From Paramecium tetraurelia (taxonomy: Eukaryota), in contig CT868330.1 in NCBI GenBank assembly GCA_000165425.1, positions 434,001 to 483,735 of the forward strand: a stretch of DNA of 49,735 nucleotides, in the 5' to 3' direction. This document shows, piece after piece, positions 25,920-40,900 of this stretch. The translations under genes and the position numbers were made by a program. The notes beneath the pieces are model-generated. The model was not told the DNA's origin. It did not search any database and worked only from the letters and a program-made list of their open reading frames with translations. The stretch's first letter is position 1. Each line of letters starts with the position of its first letter.

Positions 25920-27500
25920 ATTATTTAGTCAATACTAATACTCAAAAACTAAGATACATCACTGATGTGATGACCTTAAAGCAAGGACTTTTTTGTCTAA
26001 ATTATTATAAATAAAAGACCAATTAGTATATAATTTTTCTATTTTTTTAATTAAATTTCATTTGCATAAGTCGTCTTTATTTATGCCATCCAGGATATAA
26101 TTCAATTCTGTTTTTAGTATTCTCAATGAATATAGATATAAAACTGCTTTTGGGTTCAAAACCTTGATGGGGACTTATTTAAAATGATCATATCTAAAGC
26201 TAAATATAGAGCTGTTCTAGAAATTATATTATGGATTCTAGTCAATTGTTAATATCATTTTTAAAGTTGATTATCAATAGCCTTTATCCTTCATAAATTT
26301 TCAACCAACTCTTTTCTCAATCTTACTTGATTTCATGAGTGAGGTTATTTCAATTCTTATTTACTGCCTCTATGATGCTTGAATTTTGATTCCTTTGGAT
26401 AGAGACTTCAGCCAAGTTTTCTGCTAAAAATTTGATTTATTTCAGAATATTAGTTAATAATTATATTAATATCATTTTTATTATATTATATCATCCTAAC
26501 GGCTGTCTGTGTCGAATCTAAATTATAGTCATAAGAGCCTTAATTCATTTAATTAGTATTGAATATTCAAACGAAAGACGGATGAACTTATAGATGAAAA
26601 GTCTGATGCAAGTGATCAACTGATTCGTATTGAAAAATCATATTCCAATACATAATTATTGTAGAAATACTTTATCATTTCATTATATTTTCTGCACAAA
26701 ATGTCAAGATTTTTTTAACTTTTTATTAATAAGTTTATTTTTGTTCAATCAAGGTTAGTAATTTAGCTTTAATAAGATGATCTAACTAAATAGAGTAACG
26801 ATTTATATTATAAACTATTTAAATGAATTAATAAAATTTGATATTATAATTTTTCATCGCACTTCATTTTTTATTGATAGTTATTTCAAATTTAAGCTAG
26901 GAATAGACTAAACTCCTACCGACAATTAAATAAATCCATATGTATTTACATTGCTTAAATTTTTTCAAATTCTACATAATTGATAAATTTAGATTGCCAA
27001 AATAACTTTACATTATTCTTGAATTTCTTCCAACCTGTCTTTTCATTTTGTATGGATTTTGGATTCCTTGGCTCGCTAAAATTAAATACCCTATTCCTCT
27101 ATCAATTAAGATTTTCACTAACTATATACTTATAAAATAATATTGAATCAATATTTGTAATTAATAATTAAAGTTATTAAGTTAATCATAATATCGTATT
27201 GAATGCCATTACTTCTCTCCGGGCTTTTTTTTCATCAAATATTCTTATTGCTTAAATGTATCATCTAAAGTCAACTAAAAATGAGAGAGATTATTTTTCT
27301 TTTCGAATCACTTCCTCCTTTTAAAATTAGATTAATAGATATGAATTTAACCATAATTGCCTCTTTTCCATGCCTATCTCCATATTATTACAACTGAAGA
27401 CGTCATCGATAATTGCAACTGTTTTGGCTGATTTTTAAAGAGGAAAGAAGATTTTGTATGTCTTACTTAAAGAATAGGTTTGGAATCTTTGGGGCATTGT
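25920..27500 (-). pseudogene. Probable decayed gene remnant
   Basis: Coding-like patches (e.g. DRLEEIQEQCKVIL) broken by TGA codons and frameshifts. Unusually long gap for this gene-dense window. Boundaries approximate. Confidence 0.3.
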
Positions 27501-27835
27501 TGTGAAGATTGAATTCAACTATTATTTTTAATTTTTAATAATTAAATAAAATTATTCAAAAATTTAAATATTACTTTGAATTTGAAGTCTTTGTAATACT
27601 AATCTTTATTGTGATTGATTTTAAATATGATTAAATTAAAAATAATTACATTAGATTATGTGAAATTATACCATTGATTATAAAGTTTATAAATTAATTT
27701 ATGATGATAACTTCGTTTATTGAATTTTATTAATGTAAATCAACCTGATTGTTAACTTTATTGTAATTTTATAATCACAATTTTTTCAGATAATGTTTGA
27801 AATATATTTTATGAAATTATTAATTATTTTTGAGG

Positions 27836-30532
27836 ATGGTAAGTGCAATTTTTCGAGCTATTTAAAACACTTATAATAAATTTATATCTGCATCATATTA
27901 GCAGTGGAAGCAGTCAGAACATTAGATAGAGTTGGATTTTATATAAAAACCTGCTCTTTTGATATCTTTTTTATTCGTTTTAACGAGATTGCTGCTAACT
28001 TAAAGTGATATAGAACTTTATATTCAACTTGCTATTAATTGTGGAACACATTTGATATTATTTTTACTAATTAAACTCCATTAATCCTTTAAATCAGCAT
28101 ACCTGGAAATACCACGAATATCTCAACTTATACTTTTAAATTGGTATTGCTATTACTTTTACTAGTCAAACTCCTCTTTTTTATTGATTTACACAACTGT
28201 AAATGTGGTTTAGTTCAATATATCATATAGTGTATCCTTCAAATTGATCCATTTAGGAATTTTTGTGACTGGTTATCTGTTGATAATTGAAGAAAAATCT
28301 AATGAATGCTTGTGTATTGTCATATCAATGATCCTGATGCATATTTTGAGAAAAGAACAAAATTTGATGTCGATTTATTCAAAAATACAAGCACTGTTTC
28401 TGATAATAGATTCATTTCCTTCAGCTATGTGTATTGTATAAAAAAATAAAAGTCAGTTACTTTATTCTAATAAAAGTTTTGAAAATTTATCTTTAACTCT
28501 TGAAGGGACAAATAGTTCAGAAACTGATCAATCACCTGATAGGATTTAGAATTATTCAAAATTTCAATTACATTTTTTGTCGAATCTTTAATTGGCAGAA
28601 CTAAATCAAAAAGGAATATCACTAATAGATTTTGGAGATGAGTTTCAAATAGATTAATTTAAAATAAGAAAAGTTATATATAAAAAAGAGGAGGAAAGTC
28701 CTGAAAATAGTTCAAAGAAATTAATCTATAATTTAAATTAGAATCAGAAACCAAATACATAATTAAAATATCAATAGCAATTTTTTTCAACATTCACCAC
28801 AAAAGATGATGACTCAATTATCAAAAAACAGTATACTGCAGATATCGCATTGCTTGTTGAATTAAGACATTAGCCTTATATGTGTTTAAAAAGGAGACAA
28901 AGGAAGAGATCATCAAATAGATTAAGTATCAATAAACCCTCGACACCAACCAGTGGAAAAATGTCCTTTGAACAACTGATTAGGGAAAATCCTTATTAAA
29001 AAAACCCTGCATAATCTCCGTCAACGATGTAACATGAAATGAAGTTCCTGATTCATGTGATAGAAAATTATAAATTGTTCAATGATGATGATGAGTTGTA
29101 ACTATTTTATTTACAGGAATTGAATCCAGTTCTATTATAAACTACCTTGAAAAAATTAGAATCCGTCAAGAAAAATTTATTAAGATCCATTTCACATGAA
29201 TTATTAACCAATTTAAATGCCGCTTATGGTTACATAAAATAGTGTTAGGATCGGTTATTAAAAGGTGAGGAAATGTCAGAATAATTGGCTTGTGCCTTAA
29301 GATACACTAAATTGTAGTTATTCAAAGTTTAAGACTTTTTTGATTATAGATATTTACTAGATGATAAATTAAAGTTAAGAGAAGACAAGTTTGAACTAAT
29401 CAATGCAATAACTGAATGTGTTGATTTAATTAAAGATCAAATATCCAGAAAACAATTGAGTTATGAATTAGATATCCCAGACAATTGTACTTACATTATT
29501 TCAGGGGATAGGTAAAGGTTCTGTTAAGTAATTTTAAATTTATTGACTAATGCCATTAAATTTACTTTACAAGGGAAAATCACAGTGGAAGTGAAAAAAA
29601 AAACTTATGTTCCTTCCTATTTTGGTATAATAGATGAAGTTTAATCCTAAATCTATTTGGACGATTCTAATTTATTGGAAATCCACATCAAAGATAGCGG
29701 AGTAGGAATGGATGAAGAGGAATTAATAACACTAAGAAAGAAGGTATCAAATTATAATTTAATATAGTTGCATGGGGCAGATGAAGATGAAAAGGTTTCA
29801 AAATAATCCGTGGGAATAGGATTGGGTTTACAAGTATGCAAATCTATTATTCGTTAATTGGCACCTTCTAATTTTAACTAACTATTTGTAGAATCAGTTA
29901 AGGATATGGGATCTTAATTTTATTTTTGTTTAAAGTACTTAGAGGAAAAGTCTTAAGTTTAAAAGTCATAATAATTAACAATACCATTATAAGAAGCTCA
30001 GAGTGCATCTGTCAAAGTTTTAAATTATAAAAAGGGACACTCTTAAAATGGACTGACTTTCTTTAAGAAACGTAGTTCTCATGATATATCCATTGAAATT
30101 CCAAGGAAAATTTAATTTTAATGCAATTGCTAGACCATTTTAATTGTGGATGATGAATAATTTAATATTGATGTGATTGGCCACATCATAAAGGAAATGG
30201 GATTTGAGATTGAGTTTGCATTCAATGGTAAATAAGCAGCAGACAAGGTTTCGAGGAAATTATAGGATAAATGTAGTGGTAAATGCACTGGTTATCATTG
30301 TATTCTAATGGATATCAATATGCCTATAATGAGTGGTTGGGAGGCGGTTTAAATAATAAGATAGATTGAATGCCAATTATAATTGATCAGAGCCATACCA
30401 GTCATTGCAGTCACAGCTTTTTGTAGTATATTTGATTAGGAGAAGAGTATCAACGAAGGTTTTGATGGAGTGATTATTAAGCCAGCTACAAAAGAAAAAA
30501 TTAAAATGGTTTTCGAACATCTAAATCTATGA
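27836..30532 (+). CDS. Membrane-bound hybrid histidine kinase (multi-TM - HisKA - HATPase - receiver)
   Basis: H box SISHELLTNLN; N box QVILNLLTNAIKFT; G1 IKDSGVGM; G2 GIGLGLQVCKSII; receiver ILIVDDEQFN..ILMDINMPIMSG..IAVTAF..IIKP. TGA at 30530-30532. Confidence 0.92.
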
Positions 30533-30571
30533 CTAAAGAACTTGTATATGAATAAATATAATAATAGTAAA

Positions 30572-31874
30572 TCAAGATATTGGTTTTTTGAGTTCTTTTC
30601 TATTTGACATTTATGATGATCTTCGTTAAGCCTATTCTAAAAGATTGAGCATTTATAATCCTGTCTCCTCCTCTTATTATCTATCTTTGGAGCCGATTCC
30701 TTGTTTATCAATAAATATTCTTACTTCTTTGTTGTTGCAAAGGTCTCAAAGGTTTTCTTTCCTATTTATCTAAAGTGTCTCTCATTATTGATTATAACTC
30801 TTCATACTAACTCTTCAATTTATTGTATTTTTTCTCGGCAGCCTCATCTAACTCTTTATATTGAAGTTCTAAACTTTAAGCCACTTCAATTTATCTCTAA
30901 TACAATTGATTCATGTCCTCATGGTATTGGTTTCTCAAGTCAATTTCCTTTTAATCGATCTCTTCAATTAGCTTTTACTCCTTCTAAGCCAAATTAAATT
31001 TCATCTAATCCATTTCTTATTGTAATTGTTGATATTTTTATTTTTCTTAAAATATCTCTATTTACAATTGTTCCACTCTAATTTACTTCTCCTTCTTCAA
31101 AGCTTCATTATCCAAATCGAATTACTTTTTCTATTCTTATAATCGTTTTCTTAGAATTTCACAATTACTTCTTTCAACATCCAATTGGTCACTTATCTTT
31201 TGTAGTTTTTGATCATATTATGTCTTCTATAACCTTAAGGATTATTCATTTTCTTATTTTTATTATTATAATTAATAAGTAAATGTGTCAGTCAATTACT
31301 TAATTTCCTTATGTTTTTATTCTTCAAACAATTACAATGTTTAATCTTTATCCATCAAGGTTCTATTTTTCCATTATTCTAATTCCTAACACCTTAATTG
31401 TTCCATCTTTTTGATCTCCTTCACATTCCTTTCCAATAATTGTGATTTTTCTCTCTAAAATTCACCGATCTACAGTTATTATTCTCTTTGTTGTTTACTC
31501 TTTAGATTACTGATTTCTTCAATATTTTAGATTTTAATATTTTAAATTTCATCTTACAAACCTTAGATTTCATCTTTCAACAACTTTACACACTTTTCTT
31601 TTTCCATCTCGGCTGCATGGGATTAGTAGGCTAGATCTTCTTTTAGAATCTTAATCTCCAACTCGTATTATTACTTAAATCTAATATTATTACTTATAAA
31701 GTACCTCTCCTTCTCTTGATTCATCTTATACTCAATTTCTTTTTGTTTGACAGTCAGAATTTGCTATATCTTTTATTCATCTTTCATCTATGATGATTTT
31801 GGCATCACATTCTCTTGATCTTTCAGTGTTCTTGACAGACCCAAAGCAAGTTTATCTTCAAATCGATTAATCAT
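30572..31874 (-). CDS. Long coiled-coil protein
   Basis: MINRFEDKLALGLSRTL... followed by continuous E/Q/K heptads. TGA at 30572-30574. Confidence 0.75.
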
Positions 31875-32019
31875 TAAATTTAACAGTTAAAAAAATTAAT
31901 ATTTATTCCTAAAATCAATAGTTTTCTATAAATCCCTTAAAACATCCTCACACTTAGTTTTAACGAATCACTTTATAAATAAATATTAGTTATAATACTT
32001 TTTAGTTTAATATATATAT

Positions 32020-33475
32020 TCATTGATACTTCTGTGGCTGATAAGGTCTTCTATTTTCGAATTTACTCGAAAAGCTAGTTTAGTTAATAGTCTAATAAAT
32101 TGATCTCTCTATGTTTTGATGAATCTACCCTCCCAATTCTTCTAGTTGTAACTTCAATCTTTCGATGTGTTCCTCCATTTACTTTCTTGTCTATATAAAT
32201 TGATTTCAATAAAATTACTTCTTCTGATTAATTCAATTTTCTAGCATAATCATCTTTTTCCTTCTCTAAATCTCTTTTTTCTTATGCATTGATTTCTTAA
32301 GCCTCTGCCATTTGATGAGCATAATTTTCTTTGATTTTTTGGACTTATTTTTGTAAGTCCATTGTCTCAGCTTACAATTGTTTTATAATCTAATCTTTAG
32401 ATTATAATTCATTTCTTAACTTTTCTCTAACCTAATTAGTTTATTTGAATTAAGAATCAAGTTCACTAATTTCTTACTTAAATCTTGTGTAGTTTTAATC
32501 ATATTCCATTTATTTCTATTTTAATAGTCTTTCTTTATCGGCCAATTGTGAAAGAGTATTATTGTAATCTTTCGCTAATTTATCCCTTCCTTCTTCAGAG
32601 GCTTTTAATTTTTATTCTACATTTCGTAAATGTCCAAGATATTTTCTCATTTCTTCATCTTATACTCTGACAACAGTTTCTCTAATATTTTCTTCAGCTT
32701 CCATTTTTATTCTCATATTTTCATTCATTAAATTAGTAATGTCCTGATTTAAATCTTAAACCTGTGTCTTGAGACTTCTAATTTATGCTTCTGCATCTTC
32801 TTTCTATATTTTATAAGTTTGAGTCATATCCGATAACTTTTGATCATGTGATTTGATGAGTCTCTCAAATTCAATTCTATATTTTTCGTCGTTTTATTGT
32901 AATTATCTTTTATAATTCTAATCATTTACCTATTTAACTACTTATTTCTGTCTTCGTATTCCCTTAGTCTTTAGTTATATGATTCCTATCCTCTTATGAA
33001 TTCATTTCTCATAGCAACATTTTCTTATTCTAGAGAGTCGTTTCTCATCATTGTGTCTTATAATTTGTAACTAATTATAGTGAATTTGATACTCCAATTC
33101 TTATATGATATTTTCCTTTCTTTAATTGTCGTCTCTGAGTGCTATGATCTTAGTTTCAAACTCAATCCTCATTTATCTTTCGTTCTCTAAATTATTTTCT
33201 AGTTGTTATCTCACATTTTTCATGTTCTTTCTCTCTTCATCCAATCTAAACTCCAGATCTGATAAGATTTATCCGTTGCTTTGTAATTCATTTAGATTTT
33301 TATCATATCTCTAATGATAATCTCTTAAATAATCTTCTTAAGGCATTTATTAAGCATATGGGTTGCCATACCTGCTATTCATCTATTAAGACTGACTAGG
33401 CTGGCCTTAATAACCGAAGGGCTTTTAAGGTTAGTAGTACTTCTAGGACATTCCTGCTTATGAATTATTATACAT
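32020..33475 (-). CDS. Coiled-coil protein with a Q/P/Y-rich N-terminus
   Basis: MYNNSQAGMSQKYYQPQKPFGY... then E/R/Q heptads; short introns; TGA at 32020-32022. Confidence 0.75.
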
Positions 33476-33542
33476 ATTTTTTAAAATCTAACTGATTAAT
33501 TAAACAATTTCTCGTCATTAATATGTAATTAATATTTTAGTT

Positions 33543-35843
33543 ATGAATTAAAGAAACTTAGAGGATATACCTATAGATTAGTATGAGATGTCATCTCCAT
33601 TTCTTGAGGATGGAATCAACAAATCTAACAGGTAACCCTTGCTGATGATTAACGAAAAGAGTGATTCTTTTCAATCAAGCAATTATAAAATTGACACTCC
33701 TGGTTTCAAAGGTACTTTTAATTCAGGATCCGTTGATTACGGTTATGCATTATTGAACTATTTTGATGAAGGAGAAGAAATAGCCGGAAACAGGAACGGT
33801 TAAATAGTAAAAAACTCTAATTCCACAAATAGTTTGTATATATGTAAATATCTTGAGTATATGCTAAGTTTATTAGAAACTTCCAGTATTTTTACCAAAT
33901 TCTGTTGTTATGTTGATTTGGAAGGCCATCATTGCTGGGATCATACTGCTCTATTTTTTCGTGGTACCAATCACTGTGTGTTATGGTAGTGATGTTTGGG
34001 TATTTATACTATTAATTCAAGATTTTCTTGCCCAGCACTAAATACATAATAGATTCATTATCTTTCCTCTTTTTGCTACTTGATATAGCTTTAGAATTTT
34101 TGACAGCCTTTTATGAACATGGAAATTTAATTACAGATAAAGAAAGAATAGCTTATCAGTATTTGAGATTAAACTTTGCGTTAGATATTCTTGGCACTTT
34201 GGCCTTTGGTATTCAGTCATTCATACCAAATGACTCAGTTAATTTAATTTTGTTGTTATTTTTTTTAAAATACCCTGCACTTATAAAAATAGATTATCTT
34301 TTTGAAGAAGCTACATTATTATATCGAACATTGAGAACCATCTACAATGTAGGGAAGATTATTGTATTACTACAATTTTGCTTTTTGATATTTTCCTGTA
34401 TATTTTATGTAATAGGAAAGTCCAGTGTTGAAGCAGGATATAATTCTTGGTTATTAAACGATGGTAATTTTGGAGTTATAGGAGAACTGAATCCTGGATT
34501 TTAATTTTTCTTCTCATATTACTTTGGATTAGGAACAATGACAACAACTATGGGATATGGTGATATTACTCCATTAAATGTTTTTGAATGCACCTGGTGT
34601 CTTGGTGGAATATTTTTTGCTGTTTTCATCTTCTAAGTTAACGTTAATTCACTGTTTAAAATTATGGAAGAGTTTAATGTTCACCCCATGAAGATATTCA
34701 AAAAAAGAATAGCAGTAAATAAATTTATGCAATCCAAATCAGTGCCATTGGTAGTCTAAGAAAGAGTCAGAAGATATTTGAATGAACACTGGTATGAAGA
34801 AGGAACAAGGGATTTGACCTTAGAGTAGGAAATTTTCACTGAGTTGGCTCCTGAAATCAAGGAAGAATTATTTTATAATTCGTATGGAAAAATGTTTGAC
34901 TAAATTCCATTTTTGTCTAAGACTTTCTCAATTGAATTTTTAAGATCCATTTCAATCAAAATTGAGGAAATTAGTTTTGCCTAAAATGAAATTATTTTCT
35001 TAGACAATGTTGATTATCTCTTAGATGATTTTTCTATTTATTTTATAGATTATGGTTCAATTCTCATTTTCGCCAACACCGGAGAATAGAGGCCTTTTTG
35101 GATCAAATAATTAGAGTCCCAGGAGTATTTTGGTGAGTGGTCTTTTTTGACTGGTAGACCTAGATTGGCATCTGCCTCTTCTATTTCTTATAGCAGGTTA
35201 TACAAATTAAAGAGAGAGGTGTTTATGGATATCCTTGGATCCTTTTAGGATGATTTTGAAAAATATTGGATGATTCGAGATAAATTGATTTATTCAAATG
35301 ACTTTAAAGTAATAAATAACATTTGTTGGAATTGTGAGTCAGATTCTCACTACGCAACGTAATGTCCTGTAACTCACTATATCCCACAAATAACAAAGGT
35401 AATTTGAAATTTCATACTTAGGAACTAACAATCAGTTTATATGCTGAATAGGAACGAAGTTAATATCAAAGAAAATAGAAATTAAGATGGAACACTATTT
35501 TAAGATCGTCATCTCAGATCTAAAAAACAGAGAGTTTTAGAGAATAAAATTAGGTAAATAATGTATTAAATTTTAGAATCAAGAGAACTAGGCTTAACAA
35601 GCAAACAATGCAGTTTAAGTAATATAGGATCAACAATCATAGAAACAAAAGTAAATATTTGATAAGCCATACTAATTTAAACATTACTTTCCTAAATTCA
35701 ATTACCATAAAATTTAAGCCTTCTAGAATCAAGCAGCTATTTCAAAAATTAACAATCTTAGGAAATCTGCGATGTATATCCCAAGCACAGCATATCGTTA
35801 AACAAAACAATCTGCCATTTTTGTTTGGCCAAAATAGAGTTGA
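33543..35843 (+). CDS. 6-TM cyclic-nucleotide-binding-domain K+ channel (EAG/CNG-like ciliate family)
   Basis: S1-S6 hydrophobic segments; pore TTMGYGDITP; C-linker; CNBD YFGEWSFLTGRPRLASA; CxxC-H-C knuckle CWNCESDSHYATQCP; TGA at 35841-35843. Confidence 0.92.
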
Positions 35844-35863
35844 TGTTTTAATAAAATTTAATT

Positions 35864-37441
35864 ATGATAAAATCATTTGGTTATCTAGTATGTGGAGCTG
35901 TTATGATTCCATCAATCACGTATCTCAAAGATTAAAGCTAGATTGGCTGGCTCTACTGTGTATCTTTATCCTGAATTTCGAACCAATCCGACATAATTTT
36001 GGCTTGCATTTTAAAGAGTTTATAGAGTTGTAAAAGCTGGCACTAATATGGCTTTAGCATACCTAACACAGCCAGATCAACCTATGGATGATAAGCATTA
36101 TTATGGAGCCCTTTAATTGAGGTCAGCCTTCTAGTAGAATAAAGGTTTGTACATCAAATTCGGATAGATATTAGGATCAGTAAATTGTGAAAATATTTGT
36201 AGCTTGACATCATTATACCCGAGCCATATAGGGCAACATTTGAAGTTATGTGCACTTAGAATATTGAAACACCCTTCGAAGATATTGAGAGATAAATACA
36301 TCTTTCAACAGGTAAAAATATAGAGGATTTATTTTAATCTTTCATAAAAAAGCCTATCTCATCTGCATCAATAGCATAAGTGCATTAAGCATTTTTGAAG
36401 GATGGCAGAGAAGTTGCTGTAAAAATATAGCATCCTTGGTTGAAAGAGTAAATAGATGGAGATGTTAAACTAATTAGTTTGTTTACAGACGTAGCTGAGT
36501 TTATCTTTAAAGGTTTTAAATACAAATGGTTGGCTGAGGAATTGTAAGTGAATTTACCAAAAGAGCTTGATTTTCATGGAGAAATCAATAATGCTAAAAG
36601 AATTAAAGAAATTCTTAAACCATTTCCTGATATCTATATTCCAAAAGTTTATGAGGAATATTGCAATGACAGGGTGATTGTAATGGAGTTCATTCATGGC
36701 ACTCCTCTGTCTGATATTCTGAGAGAAAAAGAGAAACACGATTTCAATTACCCTAAAATAGCTCACACTATTTCAACTGCATTTGCTCATTAGATATTCA
36801 AACACGGATTTGTACATTCAGATCCTCACAAAGGTAACATTATGGTTAGAAAATTAAATGGAAAACAACAAGTAGTCTTATTAGATCATGGTCTCTACAC
36901 AAATTTAAATGAAAAAACAAAACTCAGTTACTCTTTGTTATGGCAAGGCATTTTAGAAATGAATTTAGATTACATAAAATAAGCAACCACTGATTTAGGT
37001 GCCGCTTAAAATTATAAATTATTTGCTTCTATGGTTACAAGCAAAAGATTTTCAGATTTGATGAATACTTCTATGAATATGTCGGACAGATTAAAAAGAC
37101 CCAAAGATTAAGATGAAATTGCTATATTGATTTAAAAGGCAGCCAAAAAACATAAATAGATAACAATAATCTTAAATTAGATTGATAGGTAATTGTATAA
37201 TGTTTAAAGTAGAAAACTATTGATGTTATTCAAAATTAATGACTTCCTAAAAAATATTGAATTCAGATTAGGAAATCCAATTGATAGCTGTTAAATCACA
37301 TATAATTATGTATCTATGGTGAATTATGAAGATAAAATTAAAAAGCAAAATTTTCTTAGAAGAATGATGTATAAATTCCGGCTCATGTTGCATAAAGTAA
37401 AATTTGAAATTTTAAGTATTGTTATGAGTATTATTATGTGA
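35864..37441 (+). CDS. ABC1/UbiB atypical kinase, ADCK1-like
   Basis: NKGLYIKFGQ; PISSASIAQVH; VAVKIQHP; ELDF..E; FVHSDPHKGN; LLDHGLY. TGA at 37439-37441. Confidence 0.92.
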
Positions 37442-37907
37442 AAATGTGTATGACATATTATGAATATTTTTATTAAATTTAATTATGAATATTGAGTGGA
37501 AATTATAGAATATTGTCAAAGCCTTAGGTATGACTTGTTTATAATAAATAAGGTTTCTTTTGTTTATTTACTATGCCTCCATATGCATTCTATTGGAAAT
37601 ATAGTTCAATGAGTAATAATAATGTTTATTTTTAGAAAGTTTTGAAAAAGGAATTTATAATGACTTTGACAGAGTGCACAGCAAAGGAAAATCTTTAGCC
37701 GATATCCCAAAAAAAGAAAAAATATGATATTTCTCTATTTATTTCAATAAATTACAAATTGCTCAATTTTCTTAACCTTTCTTTATTGACTACAAATTTC
37801 TGTTGGTGTTTTGAGAGTCATAATATTCTAACAGCAACTCGAATACCTTCAACATAAAACCTTATTTATAATTTATTTTATCAATTTTAATTATAAATCA
37901 ATAAAAA

Positions 37908-40900
37908 ATGGATGAAGCTTAAAAAAGTTATCTAAATTTATTGAAGAAGACTTTTGAAAAAAGGCAGGAGTTTATTAGATATGATGTTGTCCTCTTTCAA
38001 CAATTCAGAAATAAATTGACTGTTCACAGCGCAGCAATCTCAAGGAATTCAGAAATGCTTGTGTGTGGTTGTAGCAAGGTGTGTTGTATCTTATAATCAT
38101 GATAATAGAGCATCATTATCTTATATGACCTTATATCCAAACAGGCTATAAAGGCATCAAATAAAAAGCAATTGCAATTTAGAAAACATCAAATAGTAAC
38201 TGTTGCATTTTCGAATTGTTATGACTATATCATCGCAGGTAAAAATAAATATAATTTAGGAAATACTATGGGTGATTTGCTAATATATGAAATTACAATT
38301 GACATTTAAAATTAGAAATTTGAGTTAGATCTTATGAGATTTGTCCCGTAATATCATGAAAAAGCATTGCAAATAATTTTTCACTCAAGCATAGATCATT
38401 TATTAACGATCAGCAGTGACAAACTTAGAGTTACAATGATAAGTGAGTTTATTCAACATGAAAACATTGATGAATCTTAGATTTAAATCAGTCAAAATTT
38501 AGGAGGGGCTACAACTTCCAAATTGTCCTATCATAATGGTCATTATTATTTATACATAGGAATGAGAAACAATAAAATAGTTCAAATTAGATCATGTAAT
38601 TTACACTTTTAATTAATTTAGCCCAGCTATATTCAAAACCTAAGAATGAAACATTTGTTTATTCGATTAATAGCTCGAGTTCTGTGATCAGTAAACTAGA
38701 AGTATCAAATGATCAGTCTCTACTTGCAATCGCCTACCAAAGTGCATAGTAAGAGTAAGGAAACTTGTAGATTGTGTATTTAAAAAAAGGAAAGTAAATA
38801 TATTCATAAAATGGGATAACAAAATTAAAAATAAGTTAGCTTTTATTCTTTAACTCGAATTCTCACTTATGCATTAGTTCTTGGGATGGTACCTTTCATA
38901 TTTTGGACATTAAAAGTAAAGAAATATTAAAGACATACTCTCATGTAATGCATGAATAAGGAGTGATAACCTTCTTTCCTTTAACAGAGGTTTCAGAGTT
39001 TCCAAATCTAATATCTGTAGGGCAGGATCATCAAATAAAGAAATATTATTTCGGAAAAATAAAAGAATAGCTATTCGAATATATTCCATTCATTTTTTGG
39101 GTTGAATAACGAATAAGATAAGAGTTATAATTCTAGAGTGAATTGCATAATTATTAAAAATTACTTTACATAGAAAGCATGGGAGTAGATAGCGTTAAAA
39201 TGAGAGAATTAAATTAAAGTATTTTTGGATTCGAAAAATTTGACCCATTAATTAAAAGAATAATAGACTATAGCGAATACAAGGAGAGAGCATTCTATTT
39301 ATATAAAAAATATGAATCAGAAATGTAACAAACAATAGCCTCTTCAATATAAAGACCAAATAAATTACCTCCATTAGATTTACAGTAAAAGAATCCATAA
39401 GTTGATGCCCCTTAAAACCTTATTCAAAGTGGAATTTTAGTAAATCCAATTTAAATTCAAGAACCTTTAAAAATATTTTCTGAATATTTTTCATTCACTT
39501 TTAAACGAATTTCTGATACAATTATCTATGACAGAATTAAGTTGATGGTTCTATAAAAATGCAATTTCATTTTTGATGAAAGATACCCTTTCAAATAGCA
39601 TTTATTCTCCAATCTAAAACGAATGAAAAATTTAAAATACTTAGACCTTTCATATAATTCTTTGTACCTTGAAGATGTATTATAAATTCTAGAATAACTA
39701 AAAAATGTCACTTTGTTGGATTTCTTAAGTTTAGCTCATAATAATTTAGGAGATAGTTCAACCATTAAATTCAATAACTCTGACGCCATTATGAGACTTT
39801 TAGATGAAGTTGAGGCAATATCCTTAAGGTCTAATAATTTGTCAGATATTGATGGAGAATCTATTTTGAATTAAATAAAACATGTAAGGATATTTAATAA
39901 ATTCAATAGTTTAAAAAATTAAAAATATTAGATGTTTCTGGTAATTTATCCTTTAAAGATAAGACCTTATAGGCGTTATAGAGAATAACAATTCTGTAAA
40001 ATAAAATTGAATTTTCTTCTTAAAGAAATGATTTTCTAAATTTCTTAAATAATATTAGAATTTTATAAGAGAATGAATAGTAAGAAGAACTTGAAGATTA
40101 GATGAAATCTTAAGATAAGCAAAGTAATTTAGGAGAAAATGAAAAATTAATTGAAAATCTGCCTGAACAGCAACCTTCCTAGACTTTTGATAGATCGGCT
40201 TCAATGTCTAGTTCTGGTAATTATATGTCATTGCAATTGTTATGTATTTAATTTTAAAAGGAGGTTTGTGAATAAGCGATGAAAACGGCAACAGATTTTT
40301 TGGTTTAAAGAAAAATAACAAACTTATATATATATGTTGTTGATAATAAGGAGGATGATGTGTGGGAGACATCAATTTCAATTTATTATACAAGAGGACT
40401 GAAAAAGCTGAATGATTATATATTTGGTTGCTTAGGAGGAATTATTTTAGTAGTTTTTTCATGTTTTGTAGGGATTTATTAAATCATCAGATAGGAAGGT
40501 TTCTATTGTATTAGAAGAATCTTTTGTACAAATTACTGTTTATGGAAATATTTAGCTTGTGGATTTTGTACTTTCTTAACTACATCCTTTGGAAAGTTTA
40601 TTGTTAAATTATTTGGTGTAGAACAATCCTACTTTGAGTATAATCCTAAAATAATAAATCTAGAATAAGAATTAATAAATATCAAATATAAAGGATTTAT
40701 CCTTTTTACAATATATTTTATCAGCTACTATTTTGTAGTAGTCTTTCTACCTATAATATTTGTGAATGCTTGCTCTGGTCAATAATGGTTAGGTCATTTG
40801 ATTTATATTGCTTTTGCTTGTTATTCCTTTCTTGTCGAAGGCTATCTTGGTTTAACAATCAGTAATCTTAAGGTTACTACTAATGAATATACTGATGGTA

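Noticed and set aside
22742..30532. Bacterial contamination or recent HGT of two-component genes
   Set aside because: Both kinases use TAA/TAG as Gln, match host composition and contain or require short spliceosomal introns.
38079..38108. Retained IES or premature stop in the multidomain gene
   Set aside because: A 30-nt GT..AG intron containing the TGA restores the frame. An IES cannot be supported without MIC/MAC comparison.
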